The notes under the pieces are model-generated. The model made no database searches. It was given only the letters and a program-made list of their open reading frames with translations, and was not told where the DNA came from. Positions 1 to 9,136 of a stretch of 64,000 bases of DNA are shown here, one piece after another (within the stretch, counting starts at the first letter, position 1; the number at the start of each line of letters is the position of its first letter). The DNA comes from Anaerolineae bacterium (GTDB lineage: Bacteria > Chloroflexota > Anaerolineae > S140-20). Both the position numbers and the translations under genes were made by a program. Location: positions 11,784 to 75,783 of the forward strand of contig JALUTT010000181.1 of assembly GCA_027021705.1 (NCBI GenBank), given 5' to 3'.

Positions 1-210
1 GGCGTCCACGCCGACGATGGCCTTCCCCTGCCGGGCCGCCTCCAGGGCGATGCGGCCGTTGCCCACGCCCAGCTCGACCACGGGGTCGTCGCTGCTCAGG
101 TAGGCTTCCACGTAGAAGGGGAGGGCCCGATGGGCGGAGGGGGCCATCTCTACCCAGACATCGTAGATGTCGGCAAAGGTGTCGTACTCGGCGGTCCGGT
201 GCATCGTCAT
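1..210 (-). CDS. Class I SAM-dependent methyltransferase, 5' part (runs off the window start)
   Basis: Manual translation MTMHRTAEYDTFADIYDVW...DDPVVELGVGNGRIALEAARQGKAIVGVDA contains SAM motif I (ELGxGxG). AGGAGG at 211-216 on the minus strand. Not in the ORF track. Confidence 0.85.
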   Translation of the reverse strand, partial: MTMHRTAEYDTFADIYDVWVEMAPSAHRALPFYVEAYLSSDDPVVELGVGNGRIALEAARQGKAIVGVDA

Positions 211-242
211 CCTCCTGGTTCCAAAGGGGCTTCCCTTCTCGG

Positions 243-271
243 ATTGTACCCGAAGGCTCAGGGGCCGTCAA
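243..271 (-). promoter_or_regulatory. Sigma70-like promoter of the methyltransferase gene
   Basis: TTGACG-17 bp-TACAAT on the minus strand. Confidence 0.55.
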
Positions 272-274
272 GCC

Positions 275-429
275 CGGTGATTACCCATATCTTTGGAGAT
301 AGGGAGACGAGCCGTCCACGAAGGGGGCACGAATACACGAATGAAGGACCGCCTCATTCGTGCAGCGGTGAGAAATTCGTGGACGGTCTGCTACGGACCA
401 CTCTCTTGCTCCCTTGTGGGTAATCACCG
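275..429. mobile_element. 155-bp MITE-like element, copy 1
   Basis: 13-bp terminal inverted repeats CGGTGATTACCCA/TGGGTAATCACCG; near-identical copy at 19629-19783. Confidence 0.8.
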
Positions 430-441
430 CGAGATTCTCCC

Positions 442-494
442 TTGACAGCCCCCCCTGTTTTGCGGTAGAATAGTTGTGTAGTTGTCTAGACAAC
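442..494 (+). promoter_or_regulatory. Sigma70-like promoter and HutC-type GntR operator
   Basis: TTGACA(442)-18 bp-TAGAAT(466), then the perfect palindrome GTTGTCTAGACAAC (481-494), which fits the HutC-subfamily GTnTAnAC core. Confidence 0.7.
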
Positions 495-576
495 TTCTGT
501 TCGGCTGTGCTTCCTCGGCCGACACCCAAAGGAGTTCCTGGACCTGGTCTACGAGGTGTAGCGAGCGGACACGCCG

Positions 577-1338
577 ATGACCGAGACCTTCTCGCCTCCC
601 CGCTACCACCGCATCCGCGCTGTCCTGCGGGAGCGGATCGCCCGGGGGGAGTACCTGCCCCACCAGCGCATCCCCTCGGAGGCCCAGCTCTGCCGGGAGT
701 TCGGCGTCAGCCGGGGGACGGTGGAGCGGGCGATCCGGGGGCTGGTCGAGGAGGGGGTGCTCTACCGCGTCCAGGGCAAGGGGACCTTCGTCGCCTCCCC
801 CTCGCTGGACGAGGTCTCCTTCCGGCTGGGCTCCATCTGGGAGGAGGCCCGCAGGGCCGGTCGCCGCCTCACCAACCGGGTCATCCGTCAGGCCCGGGAG
901 GCGGCCACGCCCGAGGCGGCCCAGCGCCTGGGGATCCCTCCCGGCCACCCCGTCATCGAGATCGTCCGCCTGCGGCTGATTGACGACCTCCCCATCGCCC
1001 ACGAGAGCCGTACCCTGGCCCTGGAGCTCTGCCCCCAGCTCCTGGAGGAGGACGTGGAGACCCAGTCCATCCACGACCTGCTCCTGCACAAGTACCGGCT
1101 GCCCCTGCTCAAGGCCAGCTACACCATCGAGGTGGTCGTGCTGGAGGGGCCGGAGGCCGAACTGCTGGAGGCGGAGCCGGGCACGCCGGCCTTCCTGGTG
1201 GACCGGCTGACCTACACGACCGGGTTGCGGCCGGCCGTCTGGCTTCGCCAACTCTTCCGGGGGGACCGCTACCGCTTCGTGGCCGAGATCGCCCCCTTGG
1301 GGGATCGGGGATCAACCCCCGCGACAGGCAACGGGTAA
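577..1338 (+). CDS. GntR/HutC-family regulator (wHTH + UTRA), likely histidine/urocanate repressor
   Basis: PSEAQLCREFGVSRGTVERAI...QGKGTFV HTH and C-terminal UTRA (FRGDRYRF); lies upstream of hutU. Confidence 0.92.
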   Translation: MTETFSPPRYHRIRAVLRERIARGEYLPHQRIPSEAQLCREFGVSRGTVERAIRGLVEEGVLYRVQGKGTFVASPSLDEVSFRLGSIWEEARRAGRRLTNRVIRQAREAATPEAAQRLGIPPGHPVIEIVRLRLIDDLPIAHESRTLALELCPQLLEEDVETQSIHDLLLHKYRLPLLKASYTIEVVVLEGPEAELLEAEPGTPAFLVDRLTYTTGLRPAVWLRQLFRGDRYRFVAEIAPLGDRGSTPATGNG

Positions 1339-1373
1339 CCCGTGAACGCCATACACAGAAGGAGGAGTACACT

Positions 1374-2540
1374 ATGCGCCCCATCTCTCGTCTTTGGGTT
1401 CTCCTGATCGTGCTCTCGCTGGTCCTGGGTGGGCTGGCCGGTTGCGGCAAGAAGGAGCCCGCGACCATCAAGATCGGCATCTTCTCGCCGACGACCGGCT
1501 TTGCCGCTGCGGACGGCACGAGCGCCCTCCACGCCGCCGAGCTGGCGGTCAAGTTCATCAACGAGGCCGGCGGCATCAACGGCAAGAAGATCGAACTGAT
1601 CCACTACGACGATGCCGCCAAGCCCGACCAGGCGGTCAGCGTGGCCCACAAGCTGATCGAGCAGGACAAGGTGGTGGCGGCCATCAGCGGCTCCTACAGC
1701 GGGGCCACCCGGGCGGCCGCGGCCGTCTTCCAGGAGGCCGGCGTTCCGATGATCTCCGCCTACGCCGTCCACCCCGACATCACCAAGACGGGGGACATGA
1801 TCTTCCGCGTGGGCGCTCTGGCCGACGTGGAGGGGCGGGCCGGCGGTGCGCTGGTGGTGGACAAGCTGGGGGCCAAACGGGTCGCCATCCTGACCATTGA
1901 CAACGACTTCGGTCGCGCCCTCACCGAGGGCTTCAAGGCCTACGCCATTCCCAAGGGGGTCGAGATCGTCCTGGAGGAGAAGTACCCCCTGGGGGAGACC
2001 GACTTCCGCCCCCTGCTGGAGAAGATCAAGGAGGCCAACCCCGACGTCATCTGGGCTACCGCCTACTACGCCGAGGCGGCCAACCTGGTGCGGCAGGCCA
2101 AGGAGGCCGGCGTGACCGCCCAGATCGTCGGGCAGGAGGGGTACGACTCGCCCAAGTTCATCGAGCTGGCCGGTGATGCGGCCGAGGGCGTCATCATCGT
2201 CACCGACCTGAATCGGGACAGCGATCGGGAGATCGTCCAGAAGTTTCTCAGCGAGTATAAGAAGGCTTACAACCTCGACGCCGACATGGTGGGCGCGTCC
2301 GCCTTCGACGCCGTGCAGGTGCTGGCCTACGCCATCGAGAAGGGCGGGACCGATCCCCAGAAGATCGTCGAGGCCATCGCCGGCATCGAGAACTTCGATC
2401 AGGCGGTGACCGGCCCCATCCTGCGCTACACGCCGGGCCGGGAGGTGGTGCGCCCCATCGGCAGCCAGATCGTGCGCGACGGGGCCTTCCACTTCTTCGC
2501 CGAGTTCACCGACCCCGAGCTGATCACGCCGCCCTGGTAG
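1374..2540 (+). CDS. Liv-type (HAAT) ABC transporter substrate-binding lipoprotein
   Basis: LAGC lipobox; INEAGGINGKKIELIHYDD motif; GGAGG RBS. Confidence 0.92.
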   Translation: MRPISRLWVLLIVLSLVLGGLAGCGKKEPATIKIGIFSPTTGFAAADGTSALHAAELAVKFINEAGGINGKKIELIHYDDAAKPDQAVSVAHKLIEQDKVVAAISGSYSGATRAAAAVFQEAGVPMISAYAVHPDITKTGDMIFRVGALADVEGRAGGALVVDKLGAKRVAILTIDNDFGRALTEGFKAYAIPKGVEIVLEEKYPLGETDFRPLLEKIKEANPDVIWATAYYAEAANLVRQAKEAGVTAQIVGQEGYDSPKFIELAGDAAEGVIIVTDLNRDSDREIVQKFLSEYKKAYNLDADMVGASAFDAVQVLAYAIEKGGTDPQKIVEAIAGIENFDQAVTGPILRYTPGREVVRPIGSQIVRDGAFHFFAEFTDPELITPPW

Positions 2541-2564
2541 CCCGGTTCCCCATCCCCTGACCTG

Positions 2565-2593
2565 GTGGGGGCAGGTCTGGAGCCTGCCCCCAC
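2565..2593. repeat. REP-like hairpin after the SBP gene
   Basis: GTGGGGGCAGG-7 nt-CCTGCCCCCAC, an 11-bp perfect stem. Confidence 0.6.
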
Positions 2594-2633
2594 CTCGACC
2601 GGTCCGAGCCCCCAACAGCGAAGCCAAGCGCCT

Positions 2634-3497
2634 ATGATCACCCAAAACCTGGTCAACGCCCTCGTCCTGGGCAGCACCTACGCCCTCATCGCCACCGGCC
2701 TGACGATGGTCTACGGCATCCTCAAGATCCTGCACATTGCCCACGCCGCCGTCTACACCATCGGGGCTGCCGTGGGGCTGGGGGTCTTCAACGCCACGGG
2801 GAACTTCTGGCTCGCCCTGGTCGTGGCGATGGCGGTCAGCAGCGGGGTGGGCGTCCTCATCTACACGGGCGTCTACCGGCGGATGCTGGACGCCCCCCGC
2901 ATCGTTCCCCTGATCACCAGCATCGGCCTCTTCATTATGGCCCAGGACCTGTTGCAGAAGCCCTACCTGCTGGGGCCGTACATCCAGGATTTCCCGGCCC
3001 GGAGCGGGCTCCCCGGCTGGCGGACGCCCTGGTTCGACCTGCCGGCCACCGGCTTGCTCATCATCCTCCTGGCCGCCGCCTTCCTCGCCTTCGTCTACCT
3101 GGTGATGACCCGCACCCGGTTGGGGCTGGGCTGGCGGGCGGCCGCCCAGGACCGGGAGATGGCCGCCGCGCTGGGGGTCAACATCAACCGGGTCATCGCC
3201 CTCAACTTCCTGCTGGGGTCGGCGCTGGCGGGGGCGGCCGGCGTCCTCGTCGGCGTCTACTACAACCAGGTCTTCGCCACGATGGGCGACGTTCCCTCCT
3301 ACAAGGCCTTCGTCATCATCGTCCTGGGCGGGATGGGGAGCCTCCAGGGGACGGTGGTCGCCAGCCTGCTGCTGGCCCTGGCCGAGACCTTCCTCATCGC
3401 CACCGTCGGCTTCGTCCTGCCCCGGGATGCCATCGCCTTCCTGCTGCTCATCCTGGTGCTGATGTTCCGACCGGAGGGGCTCTTTGGCCGCCGATAG
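2634..3497 (+). CDS. Liv-type ABC permease (LivH-like)
   Basis: GSTYALIATGLTMVYG, DREMAAALGVN, RPEGLFG; start placed at ATG 2634. Confidence 0.92.
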   Translation: MITQNLVNALVLGSTYALIATGLTMVYGILKILHIAHAAVYTIGAAVGLGVFNATGNFWLALVVAMAVSSGVGVLIYTGVYRRMLDAPRIVPLITSIGLFIMAQDLLQKPYLLGPYIQDFPARSGLPGWRTPWFDLPATGLLIILLAAAFLAFVYLVMTRTRLGLGWRAAAQDREMAAALGVNINRVIALNFLLGSALAGAAGVLVGVYYNQVFATMGDVPSYKAFVIIVLGGMGSLQGTVVASLLLALAETFLIATVGFVLPRDAIAFLLLILVLMFRPEGLFGRR

Positions 3498-4365
3498 GGC
3501 ACGGTGGAAGGGGTATGGGCTGGCGCTGCTGGCAGCGACGCTGTGGGCCAGCCTTTCCATCCTGGGCAAGCTGGCCTACCGCTACCAGGCCCACCCGCTG
3601 ACGGTGGTCACGCTGCGGGCGGCCCTCGCCTTCTTCACGCTGGCCGGCCTGCTGGCGGTGGCCCGGCCCGACCGCCTGCGGATCACCCGCCGGGACCTGC
3701 CCTTCCTGGTCCTCTACGGCGGGCTGGGGGTCGGCCTGAACTACGGCAGCTACTTCTACGCCCTGAGCTACACGACGGTGGCGGTGGCCATCATCCTGCT
3801 CTACACCTACCCGGCCATCGTCGTCCTGCTGGCGGCCCTCCTGGGGGAGGAGCCGCTGAGCCGGGCCAAGGGGGTCGCTCTGGTCCTCACCTTCGGCGGC
3901 TGCTTCCTGGTGGCCCAGGGGTACGATCCGGCGGCCCTGCGCCTCAACCTGGCCGGCGTCGCCTGGGGGCTGCTGGGGGGCTTCGGCGCGGCGATGTACG
4001 GCCTGCTGGGGAAGCGGGCCCTGGCCCGCCACGCCACGGAGACGGCGCTGCTCTACGCGCTGGGCTTCGGCGGCCTCGCCCTGGCCCTGTGGCGGGGGCC
4101 GGCCCTCGTCGAGGCGGTCCACTACCCGCCGGGGCTCTGGGCCATCCTGCTGGCGATGGCCTGGCTGCCGACGCTGGTGGGGTACGGTAGCTTTCTGACG
4201 GCCCTCCACTATGTGGAGGCGGGCCGGGCCAGCATCACGGCGACCGTCGAACCGGTCCTCGCCACCGCCCTCAGCTACCTCTTCCTGGGGGAGACGCTGG
4301 AGCCCCTGCAGGGGGTGGGGGGGCTGCTGGTGCTGGCCGGCGTGGTGCTCATCCAACTCCGCTAG
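3484..4365 (+). CDS. EamA/DMT-family transporter
   Basis: Two EamA repeats (LLYTYPAIV...GE; TVEPVLA...LGE), about 10 TM segments. Confidence 0.9.
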   Translation: MAADRARWKGYGLALLAATLWASLSILGKLAYRYQAHPLTVVTLRAALAFFTLAGLLAVARPDRLRITRRDLPFLVLYGGLGVGLNYGSYFYALSYTTVAVAIILLYTYPAIVVLLAALLGEEPLSRAKGVALVLTFGGCFLVAQGYDPAALRLNLAGVAWGLLGGFGAAMYGLLGKRALARHATETALLYALGFGGLALALWRGPALVEAVHYPPGLWAILLAMAWLPTLVGYGSFLTALHYVEAGRASITATVEPVLATALSYLFLGETLEPLQGVGGLLVLAGVVLIQLR

Positions 4366-4394
4366 ACGGGAATCGGGGGCATCTATTCAGCCTA

Positions 4395-4489
4395 CCCTCC
4401 CGCAGGTCACCGGTCGAGGGCGCTTTTAGCGCCGATGGGCTATTTGAAGCACGGTTTCGCGTCGGGAACGCGCCTAACCTGCGGGAGGG
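4395..4489. repeat. 95-bp palindromic element (CCCTCCCGCAGGT...ACCTGCGGGAGGG), copy 1
   Basis: 13-bp inverted ends; other copies at 15556, 26036 (short), 32581 and 55778. Confidence 0.8.
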
Positions 4490-4519
4490 TGAACAGCGAC
4501 AATCGGGGAACGAGGGACG

Positions 4520-5410
4520 ATGCTAAGCGGGTACGTCATTAGCATCTTCATCTTCGCCGGCATCTGGACGGCGCTGACGCTGAGCTTGAACATCCTCACC
4601 GGCTACGCCGGGCAGGTCTCCCTGGGCCACGCCGCCTTCTTCGGCATCGGGGCCTACACCTCGGCGATGCTGGCCGTGCGCTATGGTTGGCCCTTCCTGC
4701 CGGCCCTGCTGGCGGCGATGGTGGTCACCGGCTTGGTCGGGGGCTTCCTGGGGCTGCCCAGCCTCCGGGTGCGCCACGACTTCTTGGTCCTGGCGACGAT
4801 GGGGATCAACTTCGTCGTCGTCGCCCTCTTCAAGTACGTGGACTTCTTCGGAGGCTCCCTGGGCATCATCGGCATCCAGAAGCCGGTCCTGCTGGGCCAC
4901 CGAATCCAGGGAGGCGGCTACCTGCTGCTGGTCTGGCTTTACGCCGGGCTGGCCATCGCCCTCAGCCTCTACGTGGCGCGGGCCTGGGTGGGGCTGGCCC
5001 TGCACACCGTGCGCGAGGATGAGGAGGCGGCCGAGGCGGTGGGGGTCAGCGTGCCCCGCTTCAAAATCTACGCCTTCATCCTGAGTGGGTTGCTGGCCGG
5101 CGGGGCGGGGAGCCTCTACGCCCACTTCCTGGGCAGCGTCTTCCCCGACCACTTCGCCTTTGCCGAGTCCATCGGCATCCTCTCGATGCTCGTGCTGGGG
5201 GGGATGGGGACGGTGCGGGGGGCGGTCTTCGGGGCCGTCCTGCTGCGGGCGCTGCCGGAGTTGCTGCGCACGGTAGGGGATTACCGCTACACCCTGTACG
5301 GGGGCACGCTGGTGCTGATGATGCTCTTCCAGCCGATGGGGTTGTTGGGGGAGGAAAGCTGGCTGTGGAAGCGGATCGCCGGTATCCGACGGATTCGGAG
5401 AGCGGATTGA
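4520..5410 (+). CDS. Liv-type ABC permease (LivM-like)
   Basis: GYAGQVSLGHAAFFGIGAY, REDEEAAEAVGV, LGGMGT. Confidence 0.92.
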   Translation: MLSGYVISIFIFAGIWTALTLSLNILTGYAGQVSLGHAAFFGIGAYTSAMLAVRYGWPFLPALLAAMVVTGLVGGFLGLPSLRVRHDFLVLATMGINFVVVALFKYVDFFGGSLGIIGIQKPVLLGHRIQGGGYLLLVWLYAGLAIALSLYVARAWVGLALHTVREDEEAAEAVGVSVPRFKIYAFILSGLLAGGAGSLYAHFLGSVFPDHFAFAESIGILSMLVLGGMGTVRGAVFGAVLLRALPELLRTVGDYRYTLYGGTLVLMMLFQPMGLLGEESWLWKRIAGIRRIRRAD

Positions 5411-5434
5411 ACGGACTGCTTACGGAGGGGGAGG

Positions 5435-5790
5435 CACCGAGGGCCGAGGCACTGGGGCAAGCGGCTTAGCGGTTGGCGGCCTAGCGGCTAGCGGCATAGC
5501 GGCTGGCGGCATAGCGGCTGGCGGCTAGCGGCATAGCGATGGCCTATGGACTGAGGACCGAGGACTGTGGACTGCGTCCGACCGCCGACGACCGACCGCG
5601 GACCGCCGATCGAGCGGCATAGCGACGGACCGAGGACCGAGGACCGAGGACTACTCGACCAAACGACCAAGCGACCAAGTGACCAAGTGACCAAAGGGTG
5701 GCGGATTGCTGTCAACGGATTTGGGGAGCGGATTGAACGGAGAGGGGTGCCCCAGGGGAGCTAGTCGGAATCATCCTGATGAAGTGCTAG
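5435..5790. repeat. Mosaic of short-period repeats (TAGCGGC, GAGGACT/GAGGACC, GACCAAGT) plus the TGTCAACGGATT element
   Basis: 7- and 8-bp periodicities visible directly; the same units recur at 24295-24660, 31251-31400 and 61960-62100. Confidence 0.75.
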
Positions 5791-5865
5791 ATCGGAGAGC
5801 TTTTCCTCAAAAGGGATGTACCGGGCCATCTCGGCGCGGATCGCTTCTGCCGAGGGCACTATAAA

Positions 5866-6636
5866 ATGACCGAGACGAACACACTTTTGCATACGGAAGG
5901 GCTGAGCAAACATTTCGGCGGCCTGCGGGCGGTGGACCGGGTGGACCTGGCGGTCCGCCCTGGCGAGATCCTGGGGCTGATCGGCCCCAACGGTGCTGGC
6001 AAGACCACCCTCTTCAACCTGATCTCCGGCATCCTCCGCCCCACGGCCGGCCGCATCTGGTTCCGAGGCCGGGAGATCCAGGGCCGGCGGCCCCACCAGA
6101 TCGCCGCCCTGGGCGTCGGGCGGACCTTCCAGATCGTCCGCCCCTTCCGCTCGCTGACGGCGCTGGAGAACGTGCTGGCGGCCGTGGGCCACCCCTACTA
6201 CCCCTCGCTGTGGGCCTTCGCCGCCTCCTTCCGGGCGCCGGCCTACCAGCGCCGGGCGTGGGCGCTGCTGGAACGGGTGGGGTTGCAGGAGTATGGGGCG
6301 GTCCGGGCCGGCACCCTGCCCATCGGCCTGCAGCGGCGGCTGGAGATCGCCCGCGCCCTGGCCCTCGACCCGGTGCTGCTCTTGCTGGACGAGTCGGCGG
6401 CGGGCCTGGTCCACGAGGAGGCGGCCGAGCTGGCCGACCTGATCCGCAGCCTGCGCGACGACGGCATCACCATCATCTTGGTGGAGCACAACATGCCCTT
6501 CGCGATGGGGCTATGCGACCGCATCGTCGTCCTGGCCCACGGGCAGGTGATCGCCGAGGGGCCGCCGGAGGAGGTGCAGAACGACCCGCTGGTCATTGAA
6601 GCCTATCTGGGACATCGGAAGGCTGGCAGTCCGTAG
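5866..6636 (+). CDS. ABC ATP-binding protein (LivG-like)
   Basis: GPNGAGKT, RTFQ, LLLDESAAGL, VEHNM, VIEAYLG. Confidence 0.93.
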   Translation: MTETNTLLHTEGLSKHFGGLRAVDRVDLAVRPGEILGLIGPNGAGKTTLFNLISGILRPTAGRIWFRGREIQGRRPHQIAALGVGRTFQIVRPFRSLTALENVLAAVGHPYYPSLWAFAASFRAPAYQRRAWALLERVGLQEYGAVRAGTLPIGLQRRLEIARALALDPVLLLLDESAAGLVHEEAAELADLIRSLRDDGITIILVEHNMPFAMGLCDRIVVLAHGQVIAEGPPEEVQNDPLVIEAYLGHRKAGSP

Positions 6637-6680
6637 TCCGTGGTCGGCAGACCCTCTTGACGTTGCCGGAAGGGGCTCAT

Positions 6681-6858
6681 TTAAAGCGATTTTTCAGGGA
6701 TGCTATGGTGCTCCAGCCAGCGGGCAATCTTGGCGAGGGGGGGCTTTGATTCTGCGACATAGAGGGTAAACGCTCGAAGTTCTTCTTCAGCTTCCCCCGG
6801 TCTCTTGGATCAGGCAGGCGTGCAGAAAGAGAACCTGCTCCGGCGTCAAGTGCTTCAT
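6681..6858 (-). pseudogene. Doc/Fic toxin remnant with an internal deletion
   Basis: ATGA-coupled to the antitoxin. MKHLTPEQVLFLHACLIQETGGS* (Doc-like N-terminus) is followed in another frame by EEELRAFTLYVAESKPPLAKIARWLEHHS (Doc-like C-terminus). The HPFxDGNKR motif is absent. Confidence 0.7.
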
Positions 6859-7097
6859 TGGTGGGCCAAAGCTTCGAGGGCCGAGCGGTATTGCTCGATG
6901 AACTCGGCGACTTGACGGGCGAACTCCTCGTCAACCCCGGCGGGACGTTCACCTATCGGCGCGATGATGATCTGACGCCGGTCTCGATCCAATTTGACCG
7001 ATACCTCAGCGCCCTCGGTCAGACCGAGGAAGTCCAGCGCGTCTTTGGGGAGCGAGACAGCGATGCTGTCCCCTGTTCTGAAGACCTTGTGGGGCAT
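6855..7097 (-). CDS. AbrB/MazE-type antitoxin (Doc partner)
   Basis: KVFRTGDSIAVSLPK...LGLTEGAEV swapped-hairpin motif; ends FIEQYRSALEALA; GGAGG RBS. Confidence 0.85.
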   Translation of the reverse strand: MPHKVFRTGDSIAVSLPKDALDFLGLTEGAEVSVKLDRDRRQIIIAPIGERPAGVDEEFARQVAEFIEQYRSALEALAHQ

Positions 7098-7165
7098 GCT
7101 GCACCCTCCTCTCCCGGATGTTCCTGGAGGTCAATTGACCTGTTGCCCTCCCTCCGAGCAGTAGT

Positions 7166-7194
7166 AGTATACCCTGCCGACACAGGCTGGTCAA
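7166..7194 (-). promoter_or_regulatory. Sigma70-like promoter of the AbrB-Doc module
   Basis: TTGACC-17 bp-TATACT on the minus strand. Confidence 0.6.
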
Positions 7195-7201
7195 ATGGAG
7201 G

Positions 7202-7927
7202 ATGAACCGGATGGTAGAGCCCCTGTTACGGGTTCAGGAGTTGAGCGTCGCCTATGGGCCGATCCGGGCGCTGCACGCCGTCTCGTTGACGGTGGCCCCG
7301 GGGGAGGCGGTCGCCATCTTGGGGGCCAACGGCGCCGGCAAGTCCACGCTGATGAAGGCGCTGATGGGCTGGCTCACGCCCCAGGCCGGCGCCCTCTACC
7401 TGGACGGCGAGGAGATCACCCGGCTGCCGGCCTGGGAACGGGCGGCGCGGGGCTTGGCCCTCGTGCCCGAGGGCGGGCGCGTCTTCCCTGACCTCACCGT
7501 CGAGGAGAACCTGCGGCTGGGGGCCTATCTGGAGCCGACGCCGGCCGCCCTCCGCCGGGGGCTGGAGCGGGTCTTCGCCCTTTTCCCCGTCCTGGCCGAG
7601 CGGCGACGGCAGCGGGCCGGCACCCTCAGCGGCGGGGAGCGCCAGATGCTGGCCATCGGGCGGGCCGTGATGCGCCTCCCCCGGCTGCTCCTGGTGGATG
7701 AGGTCTCGATGGGGCTGGCCCCGCTGCTGGTGGAGACGGTCTTCGACGCCCTGCGCGACCTGCGGGCCCAGGGCATCGCCCTCCTCCTGGTCGAGCAGAA
7801 CGCCCACGAGGCCCTGCGCGTCGTGGACCGGGGCTACGTGCTGGAGAACGGCCACCTGGTCCTGGAGGGGCCGGCCGACGCCCTGCGCCGCGACCCCCGC
7901 GTCCAAGCTGCTTATTTGGGGGGGTAG
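7202..7927 (+). CDS. ABC ATP-binding protein (LivF-like)
   Basis: GANGAGKS, VPEGGRVF, LSGGERQMLAIGRA, VEQN. Confidence 0.93.
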   Translation: MNRMVEPLLRVQELSVAYGPIRALHAVSLTVAPGEAVAILGANGAGKSTLMKALMGWLTPQAGALYLDGEEITRLPAWERAARGLALVPEGGRVFPDLTVEENLRLGAYLEPTPAALRRGLERVFALFPVLAERRRQRAGTLSGGERQMLAIGRAVMRLPRLLLVDEVSMGLAPLLVETVFDALRDLRAQGIALLLVEQNAHEALRVVDRGYVLENGHLVLEGPADALRRDPRVQAAYLGG

Positions 7928-7985
7928 ACGATTCCCCCGTTCTTGTGCCTACGTGGGAGCACAAGGATTCCCTCCGGCCTTGCCG

Positions 7986-8017
7986 TTGACACATCCGTGG
8001 TATCACGTATAATACCA
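7986..8017 (+). promoter_or_regulatory. Promoter with overlapping palindrome (candidate TA autoregulation site)
   Basis: TTGACA-16 bp-TATAAT; TGGTAT(7998)...ATACCA(8017) inverted repeat across the -10 box. Confidence 0.55.
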
Positions 8018-8091
8018 TAGCTGACAAGGCAACCAAGGTCACAAGCCGTTTCACAGCTATTACCTCATCAAACGGACTTTGCCAAACCGCT

Positions 8092-8311
8092 TGCGGAATC
8101 GTCGTCTCTCATCCGCTCAATCCGTTTTCCAATCTGTTGACAGTTATCCGCTCCAAGACGAACGGCTGTCAACGGATTCGGGGAGCGGATTGAACGGATT
8201 GCCTGCGGAGTCGTCGTCTCTCATCCGCTCAATCCGTTTTCCAATCCGTTGACAGTTATCCGCTCCAAGACGAACGGCTGTCAACGGATTCGGGGAGCGG
8301 ATTGAACGGAG
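8092..8311. repeat. Two tandem ~112-bp palindromic units (ATCCGCTCAATCCGTT...CTGTCAACGGATTCGGGGAGCGGATTGAACGG)
   Basis: Direct duplication visible; same family as the 224-bp array. Confidence 0.85.
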
Positions 8312-8367
8312 AAGGGTGCTCCCATAGGAGATGAACCAACGGGTCGGAATCACCTTGATGAGGTACT

Positions 8368-8802
8368 ATGAGGAAGCTCCAAATAGTCATAGATACCAGC
8401 GTGTTCATTGCTGCCCTCCGATCCCGCCGGGGCGCATCTCACAAGCTGCTCTTGCTTCTGGGAGACGAGCGATTTGAGATCAATGTCTCGGTGCCACTGG
8501 TGCTGGAGTATGAAGCTGCGGCACGAAGATTGGCTTCGGCCGGAGAGATTTCCCTGTCTCTGGATGACATCGAGGACATCTTGGATTACATCTGTGCGGT
8601 AGCCAATCGGCGGAAGGTGTATTACCTTTGGCGGCCTGTCTTAAAGGATCCAAGAGATGAGATGGTCCTTGAACTGGCTGTTACAGCAGGTTGCGAGTAC
8701 ATTGTAACCTTTAACAGGAAAGATTTTGGGGGAGCAGAGCAATTCGGCCTTCGAGTGGTGACACCTGCGGAGTTCCTACGGGAGATAGGAGAGCTGCTAT
8801 GA
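8368..8802 (+). CDS. PIN-domain toxin (VapC-like)
   Basis: IVIDTSV, LEYE, DPRDEMVLELAV, IVTFNRKDF. Confidence 0.9.
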   Translation: MRKLQIVIDTSVFIAALRSRRGASHKLLLLLGDERFEINVSVPLVLEYEAAARRLASAGEISLSLDDIEDILDYICAVANRRKVYYLWRPVLKDPRDEMVLELAVTAGCEYIVTFNRKDFGGAEQFGLRVVTPAEFLREIGELL

Positions 8803-9035
8803 GCGCAATCAGTGTCCGGTTACCGGAATCCCTCCATGAAGCGGTGCGGGAGTTGGCCAAGCGGGAGAAGGTCTCGATCAACCAGTTCATCACGCTGGCT
8901 CTGGCGGAGAAGGTGTCGGCCCTGATGACGGAGGAGTACCTGGAGGAGAGGGCCAGGCGGGGGGATCGGACCAAGTTTGAACGGGCGATGGCCAAGGTGG
9001 CCGACGTGCCCCCGCCCGAGGAGGACCGCCTGTAG
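8799..9035 (+). CDS. Ribbon-helix-helix antitoxin (HicB-like/CopG)
   Basis: ISVRLPESLHEAVRELAKREKVSINQFI; ATGA overlap with the toxin. Confidence 0.85.
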   Translation: MSAISVRLPESLHEAVRELAKREKVSINQFITLALAEKVSALMTEEYLEERARRGDRTKFERAMAKVADVPPPEEDRL

Positions 9036-9136
9036 CCGGCCGCCCTATCCCCGTCCCGGGAAGCCCGCTGCCCGCTGCACACCGCGCCGCGCATCGGTAC
9101 GTCGGTAGGTGGTGAGAGAAGAAAGGAGGTGGACCG

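Noticed and set aside
7626..8054. 142-aa minus-strand ORF with a signal-like N-terminus
   Set aside because: Mostly antisense to the livF-like gene and spans the promoter region; low-complexity product.
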